A stretch of DNA of 64,000 nucleotides from an uncultured Pseudomonadota bacterium. Its GTDB lineage: Bacteria > Oederibacteriota > Muellerivitia > Muellerivitales > Muellerivitaceae. The stretch is from positions 448,001 through 512,000 of the forward strand of contig CAVYRH010000004.1 of the NCBI GenBank assembly GCA_963770835.1, written 5' to 3'. Under the pieces are notes generated by a model. It was not told where the DNA came from and did no database searches. It worked only from the letters and a program-made list of their open reading frames with translations. Positions 9,691 to 19,239 of this stretch are shown here, in pieces. The position numbers and the translations under genes are program-made. The stretch's first letter is position 1. The number at the start of each line of letters is the position of its first letter.

Positions 9691-10236
9691 ATGCAAAAGT
9701 TTTGGAAGCAAGGAATCGCGGCCTTGGGGCTGGTGGCCGTTTTGGGAGCGGCCCAATTTTTGAGGGCGGACGAGGAAGCCGGCATGAAGCCCCCGGCCAT
9801 GCCCGCCGAGTTCGACAAGGTGAAGTCGCTGGTGGGTACCTGGAAGGGCACCGCGGACATGGGCGGGGACAAACCCGTCGACGTGACGAACACCTTCGAA
9901 CTGACGTCGGGCGGTTCGGCCGTCATGGAAAAAATCATGGCCGGGTCACCGAAGGAAATGGTCTCGATGTACTGCTCCGAGGGCGGAAAGCTGGTGATGA
10001 CCCACTATTGCTCCATCGGGAACCAGCCCAAGATGAGCCTGCTCAAGACCTCGGACAACGAACTGGATTTCGCGGTCAAGGGCCATGCGGGCCTGGGATC
10101 GGCCAAGGAGATGCACATGCACGGCATGAACATCGTCTGGAAGGACGCCGACCACATCACTGAGCAATGGATGATGTACAACGACGGAAAGGCCCTCGGG
10201 GCCAAGCCTTTCGTGCTGGCGCGGGTGAAAGAGTAA
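9691..10236 (+). CDS. Secreted hypothetical protein (THYC..GNQP motif)
   Basis: Signal peptide, strong AAGGAGG RBS, coding-like codon usage. Confidence 0.7.
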   Translation: MQKFWKQGIAALGLVAVLGAAQFLRADEEAGMKPPAMPAEFDKVKSLVGTWKGTADMGGDKPVDVTNTFELTSGGSAVMEKIMAGSPKEMVSMYCSEGGKLVMTHYCSIGNQPKMSLLKTSDNELDFAVKGHAGLGSAKEMHMHGMNIVWKDADHITEQWMMYNDGKALGAKPFVLARVKE

Positions 10237-10261
10237 CCGCCTCAGGAAATCTCAAACCTTA

Positions 10262-10287
10262 GGGGGCGGGAAACCGTCCCCTTTTTT
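10262..10287 (+). terminator. Rho-independent terminator
   Basis: GGGGCGG-GAAA-CCGTCCC followed by a T run. Confidence 0.6.
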
Positions 10288-10305
10288 GTTCCAAGGAGGA
10301 TAAAG

Positions 10306-11037
10306 ATAGCCAAGCTTAAAACCATCCACGGCACGAAGGAACACAAGGTGGTCCCGCCCGGGCAATGGCTGGCGGCCCGCAAAAAGTTCCTGGTGAAGGA
10401 AAAAAAGTTCACGAAACTCCGCGACCAGTTGAGCCTAGAAAGGCGCGCCCTGCCCTGGGTGAAAGTGGAGAAGGAATATGTCTTCGACGGGCCGAATGGC
10501 CCGGAAAACCTCCCCGGCCTATTCGGCAAGAAAAGCCAGCTCGTCGTCTGGCACTTCATGTTCGGCACGGACTGGAAGGAAGGCTGTCCCGGCTGTTCCT
10601 TTTGGGCGGACAGTTTCAACGGCAACATCCCCCACCTGGCGGCCCGGGACATCACCATGATGGCTATCTCCCGGGTACCCTTAAAGAAAATCGAAGCCTT
10701 CAAGAAGCGAATGGGCTGGGCCTTCAAGTGGGTCTCGTCCCAAAAGAACGACTTCAACCTCGACTTCCACGTTTCCTCCACCCCCGGGGAATTCAAGCGG
10801 GGGAAGGGCTACTACAACTATAAAACGGTCAACTACGCCTTCGATGAAATGCCGGGGGCCAGCGCCTTCTACAAGGACGACAAGGGGGATGTCTACCACA
10901 CCTATTCCACCTTCGAGCGCGGCATGGACCCCCTCAACGCCGCCTACCAGTACATCGACCTGACGGCGAAGGGGCGCAACGAGCCCGCAAAAAACCCGTC
11001 TAGCTGGTTCCGGCACCACGACAAATACCCCAAATGA
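10306..11037 (+). CDS. DUF899 family thioredoxin-like protein
   Basis: 'WLAARKKFLVKEK...RRALPW...HFMFG...GCPGCSFWAD'; in-frame ATA at 10306 follows AGGAGG (first standard start is GTG 10348). Confidence 0.88.
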   Translation: MAKLKTIHGTKEHKVVPPGQWLAARKKFLVKEKKFTKLRDQLSLERRALPWVKVEKEYVFDGPNGPENLPGLFGKKSQLVVWHFMFGTDWKEGCPGCSFWADSFNGNIPHLAARDITMMAISRVPLKKIEAFKKRMGWAFKWVSSQKNDFNLDFHVSSTPGEFKRGKGYYNYKTVNYAFDEMPGASAFYKDDKGDVYHTYSTFERGMDPLNAAYQYIDLTAKGRNEPAKNPSSWFRHHDKYPK

Positions 11038-11876
11038 CCTGGCGGGCCAGCTGCTGCCCCCCGCCCGGCGGGTCCTATGGTTCGGCGCGGTTTTACGCGG
11101 CCACGGCGGTTGTTTTCTCCCTAAGCCTGGGCGCCACCCTCACCCTGGCCCTTTCCATGTCCGGGGGAATGGATATGCCGGGCGGTTGGCGCATGTCCAT
11201 GATGTGGATGCGCATGCCCGGACAAAGCTGGGCGGGGTCGGCCGGGGTTTTTCTTTATATGTGGCTGGCGATGATGGTCGCCATGATGACGCCCTCCGTC
11301 ATGCCCAAGCTCCACCAGTTCCACCGGTCCATAGTTTGGCGAAGGGCCGACCATCCCGGGCTTTCCACGGCCCTGGTGGCCTTGGGCTATTTCGCCGTAT
11401 GGACCTTAATCGGGGCCGGGGTCTATTCCCTGGGCATTCCCTGGGCCCTGGCGGACATGCACCGGCCGGCCTTGAGCCGCGCCGTTCCTTTCCTCACGGG
11501 TTTTGTGTTGATCCTGGCCGGGGCCTTCCAATTCAGCCCCTGGAAAAGCCGGGGCTTAAGCCACTGCCGCGACCTTTTGGTTTATGCCCCCTATCGCAGG
11601 CAACGTAAAGGCCTGCCCGTGAAAATCCTAAAAACCGACGATGCCCTTGCCTCTTTTTCGGAGGGACTCCGCCAAGGCTTATCCTGCGCGCTTTGCTGCG
11701 CGGGTTCCATGGCGGCCTTGGTGGCCTTGGGGGCCATGAATCTGTTCGTCATGCTGGCGGTGGCCGCCGTCATTGCCCTGGAAAAGCTCCTGCCCCAACC
11801 CAAGCCGGTGGTTTATGGGGTGGGGGGGCTGGCAATGATGGCTGGCGTGTTTCTGATGATACGGCCATTGTTTTGA
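11034..11876 (+). CDS. DUF2182 predicted metal-binding membrane protein
   Basis: 'MWLAMMVAMMTPS', 'FQFSPWK...LSHCR', 'CALCC', 'GAMNL...LEK'; typical partner of DUF899. Confidence 0.85.
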   Translation: MTWRASCCPPPGGSYGSARFYAATAVVFSLSLGATLTLALSMSGGMDMPGGWRMSMMWMRMPGQSWAGSAGVFLYMWLAMMVAMMTPSVMPKLHQFHRSIVWRRADHPGLSTALVALGYFAVWTLIGAGVYSLGIPWALADMHRPALSRAVPFLTGFVLILAGAFQFSPWKSRGLSHCRDLLVYAPYRRQRKGLPVKILKTDDALASFSEGLRQGLSCALCCAGSMAALVALGAMNLFVMLAVAAVIALEKLLPQPKPVVYGVGGLAMMAGVFLMIRPLF

Positions 11877-12055
11877 GAACGCCTTTTTGAAAAAAACGAT
11901 CCCCCATTGTGGATTGATACAAATTCGTCTGTTTCGGGCCGGTTACTAACTTCTTCCAAACGTGGGATTCACCCTTTTTCCCCGAAAAACGACATGGCAC
12001 GGCGATTGCTTTTTAAGGGAATGACCCCAAAAAGGTTAAAAGGAAAATACCGCCC

Positions 12056-13302
12056 ATGGAAAAATTGGAAAGCCCCTCAATCGCCGCCCTCGACATCCTG
12101 ACCCAAAAAAGCGTGGACTCCCTTTTCCAACCCATCATCTCCATCAAAAAGATGGGGATCGTGGGCTTGGAGGCCCTGGGCCACGGGGTCGATTGGCAAA
12201 CCCAGAAAATGATCGAACCCCGGAACCTTTACCGGGAATTGGGGGAGAACCAGTCCAAGCTGGCCCTCGACCGGTTGTTCCGGGACAAGGGCCTGGAGGG
12301 TTTCGCCCAAATCCATTCCAAGATTCCGGGCCTCCTCCTTTTTTTAAATATCGAGTCCTCCATCCTGATCCCGGAGGTGGTGGGATCGGGCCATCTCCAT
12401 AAAAGGGTCCAGGATCTCCAGTTGAACCCGAGTACGATCGTCATCGAAATTTCCCCCTCCGAGAACATGAACGCGGACGTCGTCCAAAAATTCGTCGAGG
12501 CGCAAAGGGCGAACAATTATTTAATTGCCCTGGAGGAGGCCAATAACACGAGGTCCTGCCTCAGCCTGATTCGCCGTTTGAACCCCGACATCGTCAAGCT
12601 GGAGGACGCCCTCGTCCAGGATATGAGCCAGGATTCCTTCAAGCGCGAGGGGGTGAAAACCCTCGTCCAGACCGCCCACCAATTGGGGGCCTGGTGATCG
12701 CCAACGGCGTCGAGAACGAGGAAGACGCGCTTTCGGCGCTGGAACTGGGGGCCGACATGCTGCAGGGAAGCTATTTTTCCAAGCCCCAAAAAAGCGACAC
12801 CCCCACCCTGGGCTTGAAGGCCCGCATCGTCTTCATGGGCTCCCGCTACCGCCGGCTGATGGCCGAGCGCATGAGCCGGGACAAGGAACGGAAAAACAAG
12901 TGTCAGGAAATCGCCCTCGCCCTTTTCGAGTCCCTCGAGGACACCACCTCCAACGACTACTATGAGGAGGCATTCGCGAAATTCTTCCCCAAATACCCGC
13001 AGCTGGAATGCCTCTACCTCCTGAACCAGGACGGGGTCCAGGTCACCGAAACCGTCTGCAACCTGAGCAAGGTCCCGGAAAGGCGCCAGTTCCTGTTCCA
13101 GCCGGCCCCCCGGGGGACGGACCATTCCTTGAAGGAATACTATTACGCCCTGACCTACAACAAGCTCAGCCGCTACCTGACGGAGCCCTACATTTCGCTG
13201 GCCTCGGGAAACCCCTGCGTCACTTTTTCCGGGGTCCTCGCGGACAAGGCCGCCGGTAAGACCTATATCTTTTGCGCGGACATCGACGTTTCACAGGTTT
13301 AG
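12056..13302 (+). pseudogene. EAL domain + YkuI_C-like sensor protein, split by a 1-nt frameshift (possibly a sequencing error)
   Basis: 'FQPI...GLEAL' in 12056-12697 continues as 'VIANGVE...QGSYFSKP...TEPYISLASG' in 12694-13302; one base missing at about 12690. Confidence 0.8.
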
Positions 13303-13396
13303 TTTTGGGTGTGGCGGCCCCTGGATGAAAACATTCGTCGCCAAGCCCCTTGGGTTTGCGGGTACTTTGAGGTTAACCTAACCCCCGGGGTGCCGA

Positions 13397-14779
13397 ATGC
13401 GGATCATGTTTTCCTGGCCTTTTGGCCATTTCCTTTCGATCGCCAGTTTCCTTTTGGCCGTCCTCTTCGTGTCCTTCATCCTGCGCTCCAAAAGGCCTCC
13501 CGGAAACACCCTGGCATGGCTTATTTTCGTCCTGGTGGCCCCCTACCTGGGGATTCCGTTCTACATTTTCCTGAGCGGCCGGAAGTTCCAGACCCGGCTC
13601 CAAAAAAAGAAAGCCCTTTACGAACCCAATCCCTCCGAAGCCGCCCAGTGGGAAGGGGCCGTCGAAAAACTCCTGGCCGGTTTCGGGGTCCCGCCGACCA
13701 GGCCCTCCCAAAGGGCCCGGCTGATCACCACCGGCGAGGAGGCCTACGCCAAAATCGCGGAACTGATCACTTCGGCCCAACGCCGCATCCATTTGACCAC
13801 CTTCATCTTCGCCCGGGACCCGGTGGGGGATAGCCTTATCCGGCTCCTGGAAAAAAAGGCGGAAGAGGGCGTTTCGGTTTGCCTTCTGCTGGATTCCTTC
13901 GGCTCCCTTTGGGCCCCGCGCCCTTTCTTCAAGGGCTTGAGGGAGAAGGGGGGCCAGGTCGTCTACTTCAACCCGGTCATTCATCTTCCTTTCCGGGGCA
14001 GCGCCAACCTCCGCAACCACCGGAAGTTCCTCGTCGTCGATTCCCGGCGGGCGATCCTGGGGGGGATGAATTTCGCGCAAGAATACATGGGCCCGGATCC
14101 CGACCCCCGCCGCTGGACCGATCTTTCCCTGGAGATGGAGGGTTCGGGCGTGGGGGATTTGGAAGCGGTCTTCAGCGAGGATTGGAAGTTCGCGACGGGA
14201 AAAGACCCGGGCTTGGACGGCGCCGTAGGGGCCGAGCCCCCGGGGGATTGCCAGCTCCAGGTCGTCGCCAGCGGGCCGGACGTGCGATGGGACCCCCTCT
14301 ACGACTGCCTGCTTTCGATGATCTTCCAGGCCTCGCGGAGGATATGGATCGCCACCCCCTATTTCATTCCTGACGAGGCCTTAAGCAAGGCGCTGGAACT
14401 GGCCGCCCGCAGGGGCATTGAGGTCCGGATCCTGGTCCCCCGGAAATCCAACCATTGGCTGGCCGACCTGGCCCGGGGCACTTACCTGCGGCAAATCCTG
14501 AAATCCGGGGGACAGGTGTCGCTGGCGGAAAAAATGCTTCATGCCAAGGCTTTTTTGGTGGATGGGAAATACGCCATTTTGGGGTCGGCCAATTTCGACA
14601 TGCGGAGCCTTCTATATAACTATGAGGTGGGTCTCTTGATCCGGCCCGGGGAACCCTTTTCCGCGCTGGAACAGTGGTTTGAGGGCCAATTCCGATCGGC
14701 GGGGAAATCCGACGTCCGGGTGAACTACCTACGGGACTTGGCTGAAGGCGTGGGGCGGGTTTTGGGGCCCCTGATTTAA
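13397..14779 (+). CDS. cls: Cardiolipin synthase (PLD family)
   Basis: Two HKD motifs 'NHRKFLVVD' and 'LHAKAFLVD', 'TPYFIP', 'GSANFDMRS', N-terminal TMs. Confidence 0.9.
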   Translation: MRIMFSWPFGHFLSIASFLLAVLFVSFILRSKRPPGNTLAWLIFVLVAPYLGIPFYIFLSGRKFQTRLQKKKALYEPNPSEAAQWEGAVEKLLAGFGVPPTRPSQRARLITTGEEAYAKIAELITSAQRRIHLTTFIFARDPVGDSLIRLLEKKAEEGVSVCLLLDSFGSLWAPRPFFKGLREKGGQVVYFNPVIHLPFRGSANLRNHRKFLVVDSRRAILGGMNFAQEYMGPDPDPRRWTDLSLEMEGSGVGDLEAVFSEDWKFATGKDPGLDGAVGAEPPGDCQLQVVASGPDVRWDPLYDCLLSMIFQASRRIWIATPYFIPDEALSKALELAARRGIEVRILVPRKSNHWLADLARGTYLRQILKSGGQVSLAEKMLHAKAFLVDGKYAILGSANFDMRSLLYNYEVGLLIRPGEPFSALEQWFEGQFRSAGKSDVRVNYLRDLAEGVGRVLGPLI

Positions 14780-14961
14780 GGAACCCCCTTGAACCAAGGT
14801 ACTTCCATTGGGTCCGGCCTCTTTAACCCCGCTCTCACCCAGGCTTGTTATTCAAAGATCCATCTTTTTTTACTTCTTTATCCCTTTTACCGGTTTTTTT
14901 TTCTTCATCTTTTGGAACCTCCTTGTTTCATTTTATGGATTCCCGCTGGCGAAGCCGGTAT

Positions 14962-15393
14962 TCACAAAAGAATCTCGTCCCCCTGCAGGACGTTCACTTG
15001 GTCCTCATCGGATGAGGTGTTATCGGTGATCTCGGCGGAGGGGCCGGTCAAAAGCAATGTCACATTCACGACATCGTCATCATGGGCCGAATCCACAACG
15101 GGTTTGGAAATAGTCTCCAAGTAGGAAGCCAGGTCCCGGTTATCCGCCTGGCTTTGCTGGTAATGGACCCCGGTTAAAGTCACGCAAAGGCAGGCGGCCA
15201 ATAGGATCCAACCGCCCGGATGGGCCCAGGGCCTCCAAGTAATCGAACTCCGGGTATGTTTTTTGCTATCCGACAGGCGGTCTTCCACCTTAAGCCAAGC
15301 CCGCGTGAAGGCCTCGTCTTCGGGCGAAACCCCGCGCATCGCCCCCAGTTCTTTCTTAATTTGTTGAGCTTTCCAATTGTTCCGGGTCGTCAT
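14962..15393 (-). CDS. Hypothetical single-TM protein (anti-sigma-like layout)
   Basis: Central TM helix, acidic C-terminus; start uncertain. Confidence 0.5.
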   Translation of the reverse strand: MTTRNNWKAQQIKKELGAMRGVSPEDEAFTRAWLKVEDRLSDSKKHTRSSITWRPWAHPGGWILLAACLCVTLTGVHYQQSQADNRDLASYLETISKPVVDSAHDDDVVNVTLLLTGPSAEITDNTSSDEDQVNVLQGDEILL

Positions 15394-15718
15394 CCTCAAA
15401 ATCCTTATCAACTTCCGAAATACGTATGGTTCCCTTATTAAACGGACTAACAACTTCTAAATGCAACTGCCGTACCAATTTTTTTAGAGTTCGGACGCCC
15501 AAAGACCGGCATTTATTCTGGAAAAAGAGGGGTAGGGTTGGAAAAAGAACAGCTATGGCTAAAAATCCGGTATACGGATTTGTAAGAACAACTTAAATAT
15601 TCCCCGGAAAAAGGAGCGCGCTCCGGTTCAAAATATTTCCTGTTCCCGATATTCTTAAAAACGGCCTGGAGCACATCCAGGCGGCAAGGGCATTACTTAA
15701 ACAAAGGGAGGAAAACAC

Positions 15719-16300
15719 ATGGGCAAGATCACGGTTGTCAACAGCGTGACCCTCGACGGGGTCATGCAGGGGCCGGCCCGGCCGGACGAGGACACGCGCG
15801 GGGGTTTCACGAAGGGCGGCTGGGGGATCCCCTTCCAGGACGCGGTATCGGGAAAAAAGATGGGCGAGATGATGGCGAAGGGGGACGGGGCGCTCCTCCT
15901 GGGGCGGCGGACCTACGAGAACTTTTATTCCGTCTGGCCCAAAAGGAAGGACAACCCCTACACGGACCACCTCAACAAAACCCAGAAATACGTGGCCTCC
16001 CGGACCCTGAAGGAGCCGCTTCCATGGGAAAACTCGGTGCTGCTTAAGGGCGACGCGGCGGACGCGGTGGCCGACCTCAAGAAGAAAAGCGGCATGAACC
16101 TGGGCATCCTGGGCAGCGGGGAACTGATCCACTCGCTTCTTCAAAGGAACCTTATCGACGAATTCGTGCTCGTGATCACCCCGATCGTACTGGGAGAGGG
16201 CCGCAAGCTATTCACGGAAGGGGACTCCGCCCAATTCCGGCTGGTGGAGAGCCTCCCGACGACAACCGGGGTGATCATCGCGACTTACCAGCGCGCATAG
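15719..16300 (+). CDS. Dihydrofolate reductase / RibD C-terminal domain family protein
   Basis: 'VTLDGVMQGP', 'LLLGRRTYE', 'GSGEL', 'PIVLGEGRKLF'. Confidence 0.9.
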   Translation: MGKITVVNSVTLDGVMQGPARPDEDTRGGFTKGGWGIPFQDAVSGKKMGEMMAKGDGALLLGRRTYENFYSVWPKRKDNPYTDHLNKTQKYVASRTLKEPLPWENSVLLKGDAADAVADLKKKSGMNLGILGSGELIHSLLQRNLIDEFVLVITPIVLGEGRKLFTEGDSAQFRLVESLPTTTGVIIATYQRA

Positions 16301-16354
16301 CCCGTTAAGGAGTTCCGGGCGGGGCCAAGCGCCCGGCCCGGCCTCTTTGTCCCC

Positions 16355-17305
16355 TTAAAGGTAAAGCTTCAGCGCGATGTTTCCGTTGAAGCCCGTGTAG
16401 TCCATGTCTGTGTCCTTGACGCCGGACGGCAGGGCGGTACTCGTCGAAACGGGATACTCGATGTGGAAATTACTGCCGATGGGGGTATAGCTCACCAGGG
16501 CGAAGGGTCCGCCCGACTGGGAAGTCCCGTTGATAGTGTAGGAATTGGCCGTGAGCTTGTTGAAGTCGACGGCCCGGAAGCGGCCCGTAATCTCCAGGGC
16601 CAGGTTGCCCCCCAGGGACAGCTCCTCGTCCACACCCAGGGTCCCCCCGATGCCGTCCTGCCCGAAATCCCCCACAATGGTGGTGCCCCCCTCCCCGTAA
16701 TCCGTTTGGTAATGGACGGAACCGTGGTAATAGCCGCCTCCCACCACGATCGAGGTCTTGTTTCCATTGCCCTTGAGGAGCGTCAGCTCGTAGTTCAAGG
16801 CGATCCCCAAAAGAGTGGGGTCGTATTTAAAGAAAAAGCCCGTATCCGGGCCGGAGGTTACATTGAGCCCCGATTCGGAGGTCCATGTGTATTCGCCGCT
16901 GACGTCGAAGGAACTAGTGGAATCCAGGGCGTAGCCGAATTTGACGCCGGCCAAAATTCCGCTGTCGGCGACCCCCAGGTTGCTACTGTCGCCAAAGCCC
17001 TTGGCGGCGTTCACCAAGCCGTTAATGTCGCTTCCTAGGGCACCCAGGTTGGCGAAGTCGTAGCCCCCGTAAACACTGGCCCAAAAGCCTGATCCGACTG
17101 ATAGCTTGTCATCCGCTGGGGTGTCCTCGTTGTTCACGTTCTTCTTCGTAGCCTTGGCGAATAGGAGGGGCGCCGGCTGGTCCTGGGGTTCGGGTTGGAA
17201 ACCCACCGTTCCCCAAGAAAGGTCTTCCGCTTGAACGGCGGTTGCGCCGGTCACACCCAGAATAAATGCTGCGGCTAAAACCCAATTCATGAAACGCTTT
17301 TGCAT
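16355..17305 (-). CDS. Outer-membrane beta-barrel protein
   Basis: Signal peptide, amphipathic strands, C-terminal 'GNIALKLYL'. Confidence 0.7.
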   Translation of the reverse strand: MQKRFMNWVLAAAFILGVTGATAVQAEDLSWGTVGFQPEPQDQPAPLLFAKATKKNVNNEDTPADDKLSVGSGFWASVYGGYDFANLGALGSDINGLVNAAKGFGDSSNLGVADSGILAGVKFGYALDSTSSFDVSGEYTWTSESGLNVTSGPDTGFFFKYDPTLLGIALNYELTLLKGNGNKTSIVVGGGYYHGSVHYQTDYGEGGTTIVGDFGQDGIGGTLGVDEELSLGGNLALEITGRFRAVDFNKLTANSYTINGTSQSGGPFALVSYTPIGSNFHIEYPVSTSTALPSGVKDTDMDYTGFNGNIALKLYL

Positions 17306-17452
17306 GGAATCCTCCCTTTGAAAAGTCGCCCTTGGAAGCGGGACTATTTAACCAAAGCTTTTTCGTTCGAACACCGAAGATTTCTGTCTATTTACCGTTA
17401 TGAAACTGGGGGTTAGTAGGGATTCCCCTATGAGCGCTATGCGCCGAGGGGG

Positions 17453-17890
17453 TTACCGGTACCTCTTCGAACCCAGCGAAAAGGGAGCGGTCGTTTTGCG
17501 GGTCCTGGATCGTAAAGGGTCGGAAAGAATATTGTGGAACTTATATGAAGCCATCAGCAGCACGAGGAAGATGAAGGGAAAGGGGGCGTGGGCGTAATCC
17601 CCGGCCAACAAATGGGAAGCGGTGGCGCCCAGGAACAGGAAGGTAAAACCGGCATAGGCCCATTCCTTCATCAAGGGAATCCTGCCCGTTAAGATCGCCA
17701 ATGCCCCCAGGATTTTCGCGAACCCCAAAATCCTCATCAGGTAGAGCGGATATCCCAGCGTATGAAAAATCTGGACAACGGCCTCCGAGCCGTTCGCGAA
17801 GAACTCTGGGATCCCGGAACCGGCGGTAGGCGCCAGGACCAAGACCGTCAATACCCAGTAGATCACCTTATTTTGTTTGTCCGCATTCAT
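17453..17890 (-). CDS. DoxX family membrane protein
   Basis: 'LGYPLYL..ILGFAKILG', 'KEWAYAGFTF...GATASH'. Confidence 0.85.
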   Translation of the reverse strand: MNADKQNKVIYWVLTVLVLAPTAGSGIPEFFANGSEAVVQIFHTLGYPLYLMRILGFAKILGALAILTGRIPLMKEWAYAGFTFLFLGATASHLLAGDYAHAPFPFIFLVLLMASYKFHNILSDPLRSRTRKTTAPFSLGSKRYR

Positions 17891-18089
17891 GGGACCTTCT
17901 CCTTTACTTCAAAATGGGTTCTTTTAATCATGGCATAGGCTTGAAAGGTTTTGGGCAATTTGCTGGGTAAAGAGCCTCGCCTTTTTGCCCATCGTGGGCA
18001 GGAAGTGGGGCTTTATCAAGCCCCATGCCCGCTTTTACCAAGCCCTGGTATAGTACGTCTTGATAAAAACAAGTTACGAACGGCATGAC

Positions 18090-19121
18090 ATGAACCCCAA
18101 TGCTTCAAGCAGGGAAGCCCATCCCCGGAGTTTTTATACATGGGCGGCTTTGACATGGATCGGCCTCCCCGCCTTCCTGGTTTTCCTGCCCTCCGCCCTC
18201 ATGGCCCAAAGCGCCCCAACCCAAAAGGCGTCCTCGGTTTTCGCCCCTGTTTCGGCTCCGGCCGCCCATTACGCGACGCTGCAAGAAGCCATGAATGCGG
18301 GCAAAGAGGCCATCCAGGACCAACGATGGGCGGACGCCCTCACGGCCTTTCTCGCCGCCGAAACCATGACGTCGAACCCCCAAGACCAGGCGGTATTGGA
18401 AAAATGGGTGGAGTATGTGGAGGCGAAGCGGGGAACGGCCGGGCCGGCCACCGAAACCAGCGGACCCGGGTCCTCCAATTCCGCCCCCCCGCCGGTTTAC
18501 TCCCGGAACGCGGTGGATATCTCGAAAGTCAAAGCCACGCCGGTTCCGGCCGGGGCCTACCGCCCCGGAAATTTCGGCGGCAGGGGGGTATGGCTCCTCC
18601 ACGGCGATGCCGTGGAGAATCTCATTGATCCGATTACGACGCTGGAAAGCTTCAACCCGGGCTTTGGCGCGGGCGCGGGTTATTTCGCGCCGATCGGTTC
18701 CCATTTCAAGCTGGGCCCGGACCTGGATTATTTAACTTATTCCAATACGAAAACCATCACGTATTTCCCCCCCGGTTCCCTGCCCGTCCCGGTCGCCCAA
18801 AACCTGGCGGAGACCGAATGGGAAATTTCCCTGGATGGACAGATCGACTTGTCGGCGCCCCATAACGATTATTCCTACTTCTTAGTGGGGCTTGGGGCAG
18901 CCTTCCAAAAATTTTCTGGAAACGGCGCGACGGTTTCGGCCACGAGCCCCATGGTCCGGCTCGGGGCCGGCGGCAACTTGATCGAACAAAAGGGCTTTTG
19001 CGCTTTCGTGGAACTGCGGTTCAACCTGATTTACCTGGGCCAATCCACCGCCGACAGTCTGGGTAGTCCCTCGGGGTTGATTCTTGAAGTGCCGCTCAAT
19101 ATCGGTATTGGGCTGGATTGA
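18090..19121 (+). CDS. Outer-membrane beta-barrel protein with N-terminal helical (TPR-like) domain
   Basis: Signal/TM segment, helical region, C-terminal strands 'VPLNIGIGLD'; start may be 18060. Confidence 0.6.
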   Translation: MNPNASSREAHPRSFYTWAALTWIGLPAFLVFLPSALMAQSAPTQKASSVFAPVSAPAAHYATLQEAMNAGKEAIQDQRWADALTAFLAAETMTSNPQDQAVLEKWVEYVEAKRGTAGPATETSGPGSSNSAPPPVYSRNAVDISKVKATPVPAGAYRPGNFGGRGVWLLHGDAVENLIDPITTLESFNPGFGAGAGYFAPIGSHFKLGPDLDYLTYSNTKTITYFPPGSLPVPVAQNLAETEWEISLDGQIDLSAPHNDYSYFLVGLGAAFQKFSGNGATVSATSPMVRLGAGGNLIEQKGFCAFVELRFNLIYLGQSTADSLGSPSGLILEVPLNIGIGLD

Positions 19122-19239
19122 AAAGGATTAGAATCGGAGTGGTTTAAAGGTGGGCTCGGCTTCCAAGTAGGGAAGGGTTTGTCTCCCGCGGTCTCGGCGG
19201 AAGAGCGGAGACGGGGCTTTAGGTTTCTATGGGGGGCCT

